Shown here one piece after another: positions 37,656 through 51,886 of a stretch of 64,000 nucleotides of DNA; position 1 is the stretch's first letter, and every line of letters begins with the position of its first letter. The DNA lies in contig NW_003314351.1 of assembly GCF_000143415.4 (NCBI RefSeq), positions 56,431 through 120,430 of the forward strand, read 5' to 3'. This stretch comes from Selaginella moellendorffii. Lineage: Eukaryota; Plantae; Lycopodiophyta. Under the pieces are notes generated by a model. That model did no database searches. It was not told where the DNA came from and saw only the letters and a program-made list of their open reading frames with translations. Both the position numbers and the translations under genes were made by a program.

Positions 37656-38892
37656 TTACATCAAGGCCCGGCCCTGGCAACTTTCACCTTGGACGAACTC
37701 CAGCACGGTTTGTTTCAGTTCCGAGAGATGAGAACTATAACCGTGATCAGCTCCCTCCACGATTCTGAGAGTGTGATTTGGTACGTGCTTGTCAAACTCG
37801 TATGCATCTTCCACGGTCACGACCTCGTCCTCCGATCCATGTATCGTTAGCACTCTGTGAATCGGTGGAAGCAAAAGTTTAAAACCAAAGAGAGGAAGAA
37901 CGAAGGCAAACTTTTGAGTACCTGCAGTTGCTTGGGATTTTTCCCACCTCGCCAAACATATCGATGGAGAGTCTTTGCATAAGGTTCTCCTTTGTGACAT
38001 TGAAGTCGCCTGAAAAAAGCAATACATAGATGAAACCATGCATTTTGATAGTTCGAGGAGATCTTACCTTGTTTATCTCTAACGGTGACGAAACCTTCAC
38101 GATCCAGGCGCTCCATAAAGTCACTTCCAAGCCGTGACTTGAGGCCTCTCTTGAGCAAACCACGTCCACTGCAATTCACGACGAGAGGAACATCGCCATA
38201 CTTGGAAGAATATAGCAACACCGCATTGCCACCTACACGGCCAAGATCATCAAAACTCGAGAGCCAAAAGAGAGAGAAACATACACACCTTTGCTGTGAC
38301 CGATTATACAATTCACGAGCCGGGTTTGAGCCCTCCAGTGAAGAACCACAGCACGAAGATCTTCTACTTCTTGCCAGTATCCTCCATAAGAAAACTCACC
38401 CTCGCTTTCCCTGTGACGAAGAACGAACAATCTCGTGAAAAGTCTCATTGCAATCGGCTCACCCATTGCCAGAGAAATCGAATCGGTACGTGCTTAAGCC
38501 GGCTTCCGCTAGAGCATTGGCTAGAACAACCAAACCAGTAGACTCCTGAGATAAAAAGAGGACAAAAGAGGCCAATCTCTCGCTCTTGTGAAGAAGCAAT
38601 CGAATCGAAAGCATACCTTGCTCGATCGCAGTCCATGGCAGAGAATGCAGAGGTCTGGAGATCCAGTATCATCCAAAATACCTACGAGCTTCTTGCCCTG
38701 GAAGTTGGGAACCACCACTCGCGATTTGCGAGAAGAGGGCCCCGATTCGACTGCTGGAGCTGCCATTGCGACGGTGGCGCCAAGGATCCGGCGATCGGCT
38801 GCGCGGTGGAGTGGAAAAGCTCCCGGTGCGCTAGCAAAAGATCCCTTGTTAAGGAGGCTAGCATTCATCGTGTTTAGGGTTCTTAGTCTCAT
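37656..38892 (-). CDS. Alpha/beta-hydrolase (esterase-like) with probable organellar N-extension
   Basis: ILCHGLRSSK, IIGHSK|GG nucleophile motif, VLTIHGSEDEVV, IVEGADHGY. Start codon uncertain. Confidence 0.88.
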
Positions 38893-38927
38893 TCTTGAGA
38901 AGGCGGCGATTCGCGAAGCCGCGCGCC

Positions 38928-39433
38928 ATGGTAAGATTTCCTCTCGAAATCTCGCTCCCTTGCGATCGGATTTCTTTGCTTCTTCCAGTCGATGTTCATC
39001 CGAGTGAAGCGCAAGAAGACGACTTACTTCCTGCATTGCGATCCTTCCGAGACCGTGCTGGAGATCAAGCAGAAGCTACAGGCACTGAGCGAGAACCATG
39101 TCGATGACCAGCGCCTCATCTTGATCGCCAACAAGCTCGTGCTGGAGGATCACAAAACTCTCGCTGATCAGAAGGTTCGCTTGCAAATATTTCCCTTCCC
39201 TTGTAGAATTTCGATCCAAATTTCTCCGTGATTTCTCTTAACCAGGTGGAGAACGATGCGATCGTTGCGATGACTCTCAAGATTCGTGGTAAAAAACTTT
39301 TCTAGTTTTTTTTCTCGTTTCTTCTTTTTTTTTCTCACTAGAATCGCTGCTGTGTTTAGAAACTGGTGATTGGGAGGAAGTCGTGATTGACAAGCCCGGC
39401 GAGCATCCAAAGCCAGACACCGATGCGAGCTGA
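38928..39433 (+). CDS. Elongin B-like ubiquitin-like protein
   Basis: ATG-only first exon (GCCATG|GTAAG), then SMFIRVKRKKTTYFLHCDPSETVLEIKQKL...LADQKVENDAIVAMTL. Confidence 0.85.
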
Positions 39434-39611
39434 AACGAGCAAAGCAACTGTATAGTTCTTCCTCACTCATCAGGTCACCACTCGAGGTTTTGTAAATCTC
39501 TTTCAATTGGAAGCTTTGAGGTTCTTGGTATATACGCTGGCTTTCGTCTCCTCTGTTCCTAGGGGTTTCTAATCCTCTGTAATGCAGTGATTCTTAAGAG
39601 TAGAGGAGACA

Positions 39612-42250
39612 ATGGTGCTCCTGCTGCTGCCTGGAGCAGCAGCAGTGCTTCACTCGTGCTGCTCGCAGCTCCAGTTTCAATCCAGGTATCCATTCACTTC
39701 CCAGAGTCAGAGAGAAGTTTCGTTTTTGGGAGGTCTAGGACAGTGGGAAGGAACAGGATCTAGAACTAGTTCTAGTGGTAGTAGTAGTAGTAGCAGGGTC
39801 TCGTGCTCCGAAGGATTTGTGAATGGAACAGAGTTACCGGTTGGGACTCTTAGTGTGGATAATGACAATGGCGGTGATAGGAATTCACTGGTAGCTGAGG
39901 AGCAGTGCTCTAGCTCTCCAGGGGCCGAGAAAGATAATCCTTGGTTAGAATTGACGAAGGCTAAACCGGGTACTGAGGTGAGGAAGAGTACGAATACTCT
40001 GAGCAGTGCTTTCAAGAAGTTTTTGTTCGTCACTGGGGACTCGAAGCAGCCAAAGTGGGCGGATAGGCGAACTGCGGTGCTCGTCGTTCAGAATGCCAGC
40101 AATTTGGACTCCGCGCTAACGAGGTACATACAGATCCTTTTTGTTTTTCATTTGCAAAGCAAAAATGCTAATACTTCGAAATGGATGGCAGAGTGGGTGA
40201 TAAACTGGAGGTTTCGGATTTAAATCTGCTGTTGCGGAGATTTGGAAACCACGGACGTTGGGACGATGCTTGCGAAGTAACTATTCTTTCCTCTTTACCT
40301 TTCTTTCTCCCTTGCTTAAACGTTTCATGTAGTTGTTCGAGTGGATGGAGAAGGCAGGCAAGTGTTCTGGGGCTTCGTATTCCACTTTCATCATCTTGCT
40401 TGGTAAAGTGGGAAGGATCCAGAAGGCCTTATACGTATACAATTCTCTGAGCGAAGAGCTTAAGCTGAATCCTTTTATTGCCAACTCCATCTTAAGTACG
40501 CTTGTCAACAACTGGAAGGTCACAAGGTCTTTCAGGTTGTTTCGCAAGATGAAGGAATCGGGATTTCATCCAGACAGCATTACATATTCCACGGTAAGCT
40601 AATTTAGCTGTGTTCTCCGTTGCTCATTGTCCTACATTTTATTTTTCAGATACTTTGCGCCTGTTTGAAGATCCACAATGGATATGAAAGGTCTCAAGAA
40701 TTACTCGAGGAGATGAAAGCCAGGGGACTGAAGCCTGATGCCTACGCATACGGCTCGCTGTTGCGCGTCTACTGTGCTACTGAAATGGAAGACAAAGCCA
40801 AGGCGCTCGTGGAAGAGATGCGGTCTGAAGGTGTAATATTGACGCTGTATCACTACAGCTACCTCATCAACCTCTACGCACGCAAGAGAAAGCCAGCAGA
40901 GGCGGAGAAGATTTTTGCAGCTATCAAAGAGTCGGGTCTAGAACCAAACGAGGTACGCATGTTCGATTCAATGATTCGTGTCATGCATGCTTCCCTCTAT
41001 TTTACAGATTGTTTATCGCTCGCTTCTTAACGTTTACGGTCGTAGCGGTCTTCTCGAGAAAGCTAGAAAGACAATTGCTGAAATTCAAGCTTCAGGAATG
41101 CACCCTGACATGGTATGTATTCTGCAAAACTTTGTATTACCTTCTCATCATCCTGCAGATTATGTACTCGTGTTTGATGGATGCGTACGTCAGTTCGGGG
41201 AAAGTATACGAGGCTCACGAGATCCTTGTTGACATGAGTCGTAAAGGAGTTAGGCCAGGTAAGTCCTAGTTTCTTTGTTTTGGACAGAACAATTGTATCA
41301 AGATCTGTGCTTATTCCAGGTGGTAACGCGTATAGTATATTGATATGGGGCTACGGAAGCATTGGCGACTTGGACATGGTGGACAAACTGGCCGCCGAGA
41401 GCCAGACTAGACGGAAAGGCAAACAAGACGTGAGACTCTTCAACTCGCTCTTAAAAGCGTACTCCAAACTCCAGCATGACGATGGCATCACAAACACACT
41501 GGAGAAAATGGACGACGAAGGGATAATGCCGAACAAAGGCAGCTTCAACATCTTGATTGAGCACCTTTGCGAGAGAAGAATGTTCGGCCTGGCGTTACGA
41601 ACGTACAGGGACATGAAAAACAGGGGTCTCAGACCAAATGCCGTAAGCTCGTCAGCTTCTGTGCTTTGAAAACTCTCACACACTTTCTTTTGTGGCTTGC
41701 TCAGGGAACGTATTCGAGGCTCTTGTCCGGGCTGACGAATGCGGCGCACCTAGAACAGGATCGTCCTCAGTCGCACCTTTCGGAAATCCTCTCAGCAGCC
41801 GAGCACCGACACGAAAAAGGCGTCGATCTGCTGTCCGAGGCCTACAGGATTTTCAAAGAGATGCAAACTTCGGAGATTTACTGCCATGAGCCAGCACTGG
41901 AGCAATTCATAGAGGCCAACGCGGTAGCCAAGAACTGGCCAGTGGCCGTGGAGGCACTCGGCGAGATGAGGAAAGCTCGCCTCAAAGCCAGCAAGGTTTG
42001 TATCAATGCGTTTGTTCTTGTTTGTTGAAGTTCGATAGTTTCGTGATCTTTTTTATCTCTCTCTCCTGTGTAGGTGCTCCTGGAATTCCTCTTGTCTAAA
42101 GCGGCGGAGGACAAACACTATGGAGCGATGAGCGAATTGCTGAGGCATGTCAAATCTCAAGGCTGTGCTCTAAATCCCGAGCTTTTGGAGATGGTGAAGC
42201 AGAAATTTGTGGAGCTGGATCAAGTGAAAGGAGTTCTTGACAACTTGTAA
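39612..42250 (+). CDS. P-class PPR protein, plastid-targeted, At1g10910 (EMB3103/PDM2)-like
   Basis: 35-aa P repeats (EMKARGLKPDAYAYGSLL etc.), LEVSDLNLLLRRFG...LFEWMEK motif, multi-exon. Confidence 0.85.
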
Positions 42251-42712
42251 GAAAAATGAGAAGCACAATTGTATTGTATTGTATGTTCTGTTTTAGATCT
42301 TGCAGCATAAGAGAGTCTATGGCATTTCGACTTTATAATTTTTTTCTAGAAAAGGTGTCTGGGCTGATGCTGAAAACTTCCAGTCAAAGTGTACGCTTTC
42401 ATAATTTTGTAAGCCGAGTTTCTGGAATCTCGCTCCTATTTAAGATTTCGCAAGTAGTCCAGAGAACTAATTGACATAAAAACTTTTGTTAAGACATGTT
42501 TTCTTTTTATTTCAAATTTTACTTTTTACTCCTCGATGCTGATAATTAAATCAGCCTCTGCAAATTTGACTGGGAGATGGGAAAGTATTCTTGAGCCTGT
42601 TTTTTCGAGAAGTGTACTTCTCTGCAGGAATGCGGTTGAAATCGTCGACCTGTTCAGCGTCATGCAATATTTACTGAAACTAAATCGACATGTTATCATG
42701 TCAAGAGCTGCG

Positions 42713-45700
42713 TTACTCATGCAGCATATCCTCGGCCTCTGAAACCCTTGGCTCGTCTTCTCCAGCCTCCATTCTCCGCAAAACAATCTCCCGTTCTAGC
42801 AACAAAAACTCCTGCACATTGTACAAAGCTTCCCTGTAATATAATCTGTTTGGACAAATGCGATAATACCTCTAGCTGACTGCCGCTAAACAGTCCCTGA
42901 AGAGCTCCCGACGCAACCAGTTGTATTAGATCGTCCTCAGGATCATCACCTGCTGTCATCTCAGAGACCGGAAGCCAGGCACGAATCTGAAACAAGTTCC
43001 AGGATGAGCACGATGGGCAAGGAATTGCAAATTAAGACGCACCTGCATGCATCGTAGCACAAGTTCTGGAAGGCAGCAACGACGGCAAATACCCCGCGCC
43101 ACGGATGGAGCATCCCGGCGTACACCATCCGAGTGAATAGAAAACGCATCCATTCGAAGAACTTCTATCGCAACACCAGGATGGAAATGTGGAAGTTCTC
43201 CTGCAATGAAAGAAAAAAACAAGGAGGAAATAAATCCTGATGGCCAGTTTGAAAAGTAAACCTTTAATGCCAGCAGCCATGATTGCTGACAGAAATCCAC
43301 CATCACTTGATACAAGTGATTCAATGCCTTCCCCTTCAAGAGCCGCACATTTGAGCTCGATATCCAGTAACATATTGTTCTGAGGATTGACAGCCACATT
43401 CACCTGTTTCACTCGAGTCGTAAGATTACAGAAACACGAGATAAGAGTTCTTTTTACCGTCAAGTTACGTTGACTGGAAGCCAGCTCTCCCATGCACAAA
43501 TACAATGCGCTGTTCAGAGCAGTGCAAACTGTAGGGTCTGGAACAAAGTAAGGATCCGATGGTCTCGATAAAACGACAGTGGCAAAAAGTTCCACGGATT
43601 CGAAGGCTTCATCGTTAATGACTTCAGATCCCAGAAGCCACTTTCCTTCGCTATCTGAAAACAAAAATGTGAGAACAACATAGGCTGAAGGATAACTTAC
43701 TGTGAAGAAAAGCAGCGGCTGTGTCAAGGGCTTGTCTCGCAGCAGCAAAAGACTTTGCTCTTTCTTCGGGTGAACTGAAGTTCTCAATTGTTGATAGCCA
43801 GCTTCGATAATGTGCGTCACAAGAAAAGTATTCTTGCTGAAAGAACAACATTTATACATACCAGGAAAGAAAGAAAAAAGCCAGGCAGCAACGTACCCAA
43901 TCAAGAAACTCTTGGTAGTTTTCTTTTGTGTCGTAGTTCTCGTGCAAAAGTACAGAATCTGCTTCTTCTCCTAATGGTGCCGCAAGATGTCCAAAAAGTG
44001 CTTGCGAGCCTTCCGGAATCTCAACACTACGCCATAGTGACGTTAGTGAGATCTCTCGCAACAAAATGTTACTGCACATGACAAGAAAATCAATAGCAGA
44101 ATTCAAATATCACACATATACCTGTGCTGTAAAGCAAGAGCAAGTAACTCTATCCTCATTAGCTCCGAATCTGGTAGACCTGCTCGAGGAGTAAAGCACA
44201 TCCATTGCACAGAATGTCCTTTCTGTAAGTTTTCCACCCTCTCTGAGTCTTCAGCTTTCACATTACTAACGGATGGTTTGAGTTCACGCGACTTCTCCAA
44301 GAAACTATAAAGTAGCAGATAGTTAGACTGATGAGCAATATTTACAAAAAGAGTCAGATTACCTCTTACATATAGCCGACACGGATCCCTTTTTTCCATC
44401 ATCGTAGAATGGCAGATATTCCATTGCTGAGGAGAAGAATTTACGTTTTACCATCTCGCTGATGAAAATGCAGGTCAGATTGATTTAAACAAACAGATAA
44501 ACCACTTACCTGTCATTCTGCCGTAGCTCCATCATATGCACGTAAAGGTCCACGCACAAGTGCGGGGCTAGATGAGAGGCATAAGGACCAACGAGCTCTT
44601 CCTTGTGTTGCGTGAAGAGAAAAATCACGTACCTAAAAGAATAACAACCATAAACAAGTAAACGGAAGTGACAATCAATCATACGTGTTCAGGATTAAAT
44701 CTCCGACCAATTCAAGCCTGTCAGCGTATTGCTCCTTCAATCCTTCCGGAAGAATCGACCGCAGCACCAGAACCAGATGTGCAGCGAAACGGATCATTTG
44801 AGGATGCCCGTGTGGCCTAAGAGAAAGTCAGCTTAACGCAAAATGATCAAAGCGTACATACTTGATGTTAGAACTGTCGTCTCGACTGGGAAGAATCCAC
44901 GTTTTCAGCATTTCCAGTAACGCTGCTATATCAGAGACCACAACGTGCATCTGTACAACGCAAAAACAATTACAACGTAAAGTAACAAGAAACTTACCTG
45001 TATAAGTCGATGTTGTTCCTTACAGCTCCGTCTCACACTTTCACTAACCAGATTACTGAGAGACACATAAAAGGTCAGCACGAATTCATGATAAGACAAG
45101 ATGTGTACCCAGAGTACAGCTTTTGAAACAAGTTGATAAAATCACGAGGTTGCTGCTCAACAACAGGGTCAGGCCAAGTGGAAGATGAATCGATCGTGCT
45201 TGAAGGATGTCGGTCAGAAAGCTCCAACTCGATTTGAGTATCTAGCCAAGACCTCACAAGAGCCCAAAACGCCGACTGCAAAAACACGATGGCTTTCTTC
45301 AGATTAGAAACACAGCACAATACCTCCCAGTCGGCGCAAACAGGTAACATATGGTTTACATTGCCACACTGAGCAGCAAAAACGGCACTCTCATATCTCC
45401 CCCCTTCACTTGACGCTATTTTCTGAAACACCTTGTTAGAAAACACGAACACAAGCTCAAAGTCCATACCTCGGAAGCACAAAAACAAGCCCATTTCCAA
45501 AGCTTCCTTTGGCGTCCAAGTCCTCCATCAAGCTCTATAGCTTCTAAAGCTCGCTCGTTAAATGCATTTTGCATTGTAGGTGAGTAACCAGTCAAGCAGC
45601 CACCTAGGCTTGCAGCTCTCCACGCCTGAGAATGAAAAATAGCTGTAATTAATTCAATAAATAAGCGCATGGTTTTTGCTTCACCTGTCCAGACGTGCGA

Positions 45701-46996
45701 CACAGGTCCTGCGCTTCTGTGATTCTTCCAGCTCGGATGAGCTTCCACACATCTTCTAAAAGACCATCTTCCAGTTTCTGCGATAAATACGATATACGCA
45801 AGAAGAGGACCCGTAAGAACGAAGTACCTGATCTTCGGGATGCAACTGTAAGCCTTCTCGAGTTGGAGCATCAGGATCCAAATGTCGAACATAGTGAGTT
45901 CCAATATTTTTCTTGATTGCACGTTTTGTTTGATCCCACAGGCCTAACTTTTGAGTGTATGATCCCGCATACCATCCCTTCCTCTGTAACGATAAGGTCT
46001 GTAGACACGCATATACTCCATAGAAGAGCTTTACCTTCTTTTCTAAATCCAATTCCTTGGACGCCAGACTCTCGAGCCATTGAACAAGACGAAGACATGT
46101 TTGAGCAGTCTCATCGTTTCTTACAAACTCGGACGCAACTTGGGCTGATGTGCTTGCTTTCTGCCATAAAAATATGTTTATCAGGTGAAACCAGAAGACA
46201 TGCATACAAATACCTGATTGTCTTCCATGCTATCCTCTAAGAAACAATAAAGTCAGTCCCGTTGAAACGTAATAAGCGATGCTACCTTTTCCATACAAAT
46301 GCCACAGAAGTGCCCATGATGAAGCCTCGGAATGTAGCAATTGAGCCTTCTGACGTAGAACCCTGTCTTCTACAGCTCGATGCTTCTCAGCTGCCTCGTC
46401 TCTGTAAAGAAGAAGCTGCTAAGTTCCAGTCGTTGTCAGCAAGTTGTTTCACCTGACTGCCTCCGCTAGGTCCCGGCAAATGTCTTCAAACTCGCTCAAG
46501 AGCTCGGAAAGAGACGTGAAGCCTGTCAAAGGAAAACATAAGCAGAGTTGTATGACTAGAAAACAAAAGTGGTGAACCGTGTAGCCATGTATCCACGCCA
46601 GAAGCAAAGCGCTCAAATGAATCTTCTCCAGCGTCAGATGGCTGATCTGGTTCCTAGAGACCAATGCGGGTGAGAAGAGAGAAGAGTAGCAGCAAGAACC
46701 ACACCTCTTTGACATGTTTGATTCGTGGTACAGCAACCGGGGACTCTTGCTTGTCAATCACCGGCTCTTCGGGAAAGCTAGGAAGCTCTGGCTCGGGACG
46801 CCGCTCCACTTTGGCTGGAATTTGCAAGTCTTTGGCAAGCAGCGACGTGCTTGGAAGATGCCGCGTCCTGTGCCATTGCTGCATTTCACCAGCATTCTCA
46901 CAGGAAGAGAAACACACACCTGTATCGCCGAAATTTCTGCCTCTCCTTGCCAATCTCCCAGCGATCAATGTCGTCAAACGAGAAATCCTCGTCCAT
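42713..46996 (-). CDS. NUP107: Nuclear pore complex protein NUP107 (many short introns)
   Basis: N-terminal ...RQKFRRY, HLDPDAPTRE, AWRAASLGG, RKLWKWACFCAS, GHPQMIRFAAHLVLVLR, ICRRCCLPELVLRCMQ, EFLLLERE. Confidence 0.95.
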
Positions 46997-47074
46997 GGCG
47001 TCGTCGCCACCGTGCCAGGGCAACGCCGCTGGCGCTGGAGAGCCTTCCATTCTTCCCTCCTCTTCTCTAAAACC

Positions 47075-48928
47075 CTAAATCCCGAGAACCCTATAATTCG
47101 CAATGTGGACATACGCCGCCCCCTCCCCCTGGCAGGAATCGAGAGCCCCAGCGCCGCGATGATCCACATTCTTGGAGCTGGAATACGATCGCAGCAAGCA
47201 CATCCAATCGAAGGAATCCGGCTCAAAGGGCATGCTCCGGATCATCTCCTCGATCTCCTCAGCGGCGCCGCCCCGGCTGAGAAGATCGATCAGGCACGAG
47301 TAGTGCTGCTTCGTCGCCCTCATCCCATAATCCACTCTCATGCTCGCGAAGCACGCCTTCCCGGCGCTCGTCATGCCCGAGTGACTGCTCGCGATCAAAT
47401 AGCAGAGAAAACAGCCCGGATCCACGGCATCGATCGTTCTTGCGGCGTCGAAGAGATCAAACACAGCGCTGGAGTGGCCGCCGTGCGCGTAGCCGGCGAG
47501 GAGCGCGCCCCAGGAGACAATGTCGCGCTCTGGCATTCGATCAAACAAAACCCTAGCTTGGCGCAAATGCCCCTTTTGGGCATATGAAGAGAGAAGAGAG
47601 TTCCAAGAGATTAAATCTCGCCATGGCATTTGAAAGAAAATTTGGACGGCTCGACGGACCTCGCCGGACTGGGCATATCCGGCCAGCAAAGAATTCCACG
47701 TCACAAGATTCTTCTCTGGCATGAAATCAAAGACTTGCTCAGCTAGAAGAATATACCCGGCTTGGGCATATTCTCCAACAAGAGTGTTCCACGATACCAC
47801 ATTGTGCTCTGGCATTGTCTCGAGAATCATTTTGGTGTGCTCCAATTGCCCATTGCGAGCATATGCCGATAACATAGCGTTCCATGTAAAGAGATTCCGC
47901 TGTGGAATATTCTCGAACATGGCTTCCGCTTCTTCCAGATGCCCGGACTGGGAATATGCGTCCAGCATGGCAGTGCAAGCCACCACATTGTGCTGTGGCA
48001 TATTCTGAAACGTTCGCTTTGCCTCTAAAAATGCGCTGGCGTCCACGTAAGCTGCCAGCATGGCACTCCACGACACAACGTTTCTCTGTGGCATATTCGC
48101 AAACAATGCCTTTGCCAATGATAAAAGCCCAGCTTTGGCATATGCTGCCAGCATTGCCGTCCACGACACTAAGCTATGCTCCGGCATAAAATCGAATATT
48201 TCCTTGGCTTTGCTAATATTCTTCCCTTGTAAGAATGCCGTCAAAAGGGCTGTCCAGGCAATCAAGTTCCACAGCGGCATAGCGTCGAAGAGATTCTTTG
48301 CGTCCTCCAGATTCCCGTTTTGGGCATAAGCATCGATCATGGCCGTCCAGGTTATCAAGTTCCTTTCCGGAATTTGCTGGAAGATGGACGTCGCAGATGC
48401 GAGATTTCCAGAATTGGCATAGCAGTCTAGCATCGTCGTCCAAGATACAAGGTCCACGACTGGCATTCGTGCGAAAGAAATCTCCGCCAACTCCAAATAC
48501 CCATTCTGGGCAAATGTTAACAAGAGAGTATTCCACGAAACCATGTCTCGCTTTGTCATGCTATGAAAGAGTTTTTGGGCTTTGATCACGTCTTGGTTTT
48601 GGGCATAGGCCGATAGCATGATATTTTGCGTGACGAGAGATTTCTCCTGGATTCGATCGAAGAATTCCTCCGCTTCGTCAACTTGGGCATTTCGAGTGAG
48701 CGCGCACAACATAAAATCCCACGAGAAGTTATCCTTGTGGTCGATGCTATCGAAAACTTCTCTCGCGTCTTCCACGCTCCCGCATTTTCCATACATCTCA
48801 ATGAGCTTGTTGTGCATGAAAACATCGCTCCTTTGGAGCGTGGGGCGGATCGCGGCATGGATTTCTCTCGCGCGAGACAATACCCTGCACGATTCCACGA
48901 GACGGAGGCTAGAGTTTCGATCATTCAT
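47075..48928 (-). CDS. Intronless PLS-class PPR protein (tandem 31-aa S/SS repeats, truncated E domain, no DYW)
   Basis: 617-aa ORF with repeated MP.RN.VSW..ML.AYA..G units and C-terminal HYSCLIDLLSR...MPFEPD...W. Confidence 0.9.
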   Translation of the reverse strand: MNDRNSSLRLVESCRVLSRAREIHAAIRPTLQRSDVFMHNKLIEMYGKCGSVEDAREVFDSIDHKDNFSWDFMLCALTRNAQVDEAEEFFDRIQEKSLVTQNIMLSAYAQNQDVIKAQKLFHSMTKRDMVSWNTLLLTFAQNGYLELAEISFARMPVVDLVSWTTMLDCYANSGNLASATSIFQQIPERNLITWTAMIDAYAQNGNLEDAKNLFDAMPLWNLIAWTALLTAFLQGKNISKAKEIFDFMPEHSLVSWTAMLAAYAKAGLLSLAKALFANMPQRNVVSWSAMLAAYVDASAFLEAKRTFQNMPQHNVVACTAMLDAYSQSGHLEEAEAMFENIPQRNLFTWNAMLSAYARNGQLEHTKMILETMPEHNVVSWNTLVGEYAQAGYILLAEQVFDFMPEKNLVTWNSLLAGYAQSGEVRRAVQIFFQMPWRDLISWNSLLSSYAQKGHLRQARVLFDRMPERDIVSWGALLAGYAHGGHSSAVFDLFDAARTIDAVDPGCFLCYLIASSHSGMTSAGKACFASMRVDYGMRATKQHYSCLIDLLSRGGAAEEIEEMIRSMPFEPDSFDWMCLLRSYSSSKNVDHRGAGALDSCQGEGAAYVHIANYRVLGI

Positions 48929-49069
48929 CTAAAAGTTTATACACAAGCTCTAAACTTGGTGATAGTTCTTCCATTTTATTTCACACAAAACTTTGGAGTA
49001 CCTGGTAGATGTTCTTGCTTCACACAACAAAACCTTGCAAAGTACCGTCTTTCTTTTCTTCTTCTCGAT

Positions 49070-51425
<2,356 letters not shown>

Positions 51426-51886
51426 TGAGGAGCTCTGTGCAACCAGTGCTAGTAAAATGTAGCCCTAAAATCAAAACCCCGATTTTAGGGTTCTTCGAGT
51501 GTGGTAAAATTTGGGCATGAATGATTCCATTCATTCCATTTGATTGGAGATAGTGGAGGAATCCTCTGTTTTTAGGGTTTATCCGAATCGATCCAAAATT
51601 TGGGGCTCTGTAGTACTCTCGCCATGTGTTGATCCCTCGTCTCACACGGAAAATCGAGTAGCCTTGGAGTGTGGGCCGCATTTCCACGCCACCAGCGCAG
51701 CACAGATCCATCGCTGTCACCGCGCAAAGTTTTTCTTTCTCGCCGCTCGTAGATCCCATCCCAATTCTTCCAGATTTCTCTATTGGGCGCTAGCGGCGCA
51801 TCTCCCCTCTGGCGTGATTGGAAATTCCAGCGCCGCCGTGCGTGAATTTCTCTCTCGCGATTGCTAAGAACAGGAGAGTGTGAGCT

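Noticed and set aside
46664-47587. 307-aa plus-strand ORF, and similar shadow ORFs such as 28931-29608
   Set aside because: Antisense to GC-rich real CDSs, with no recognisable motifs.
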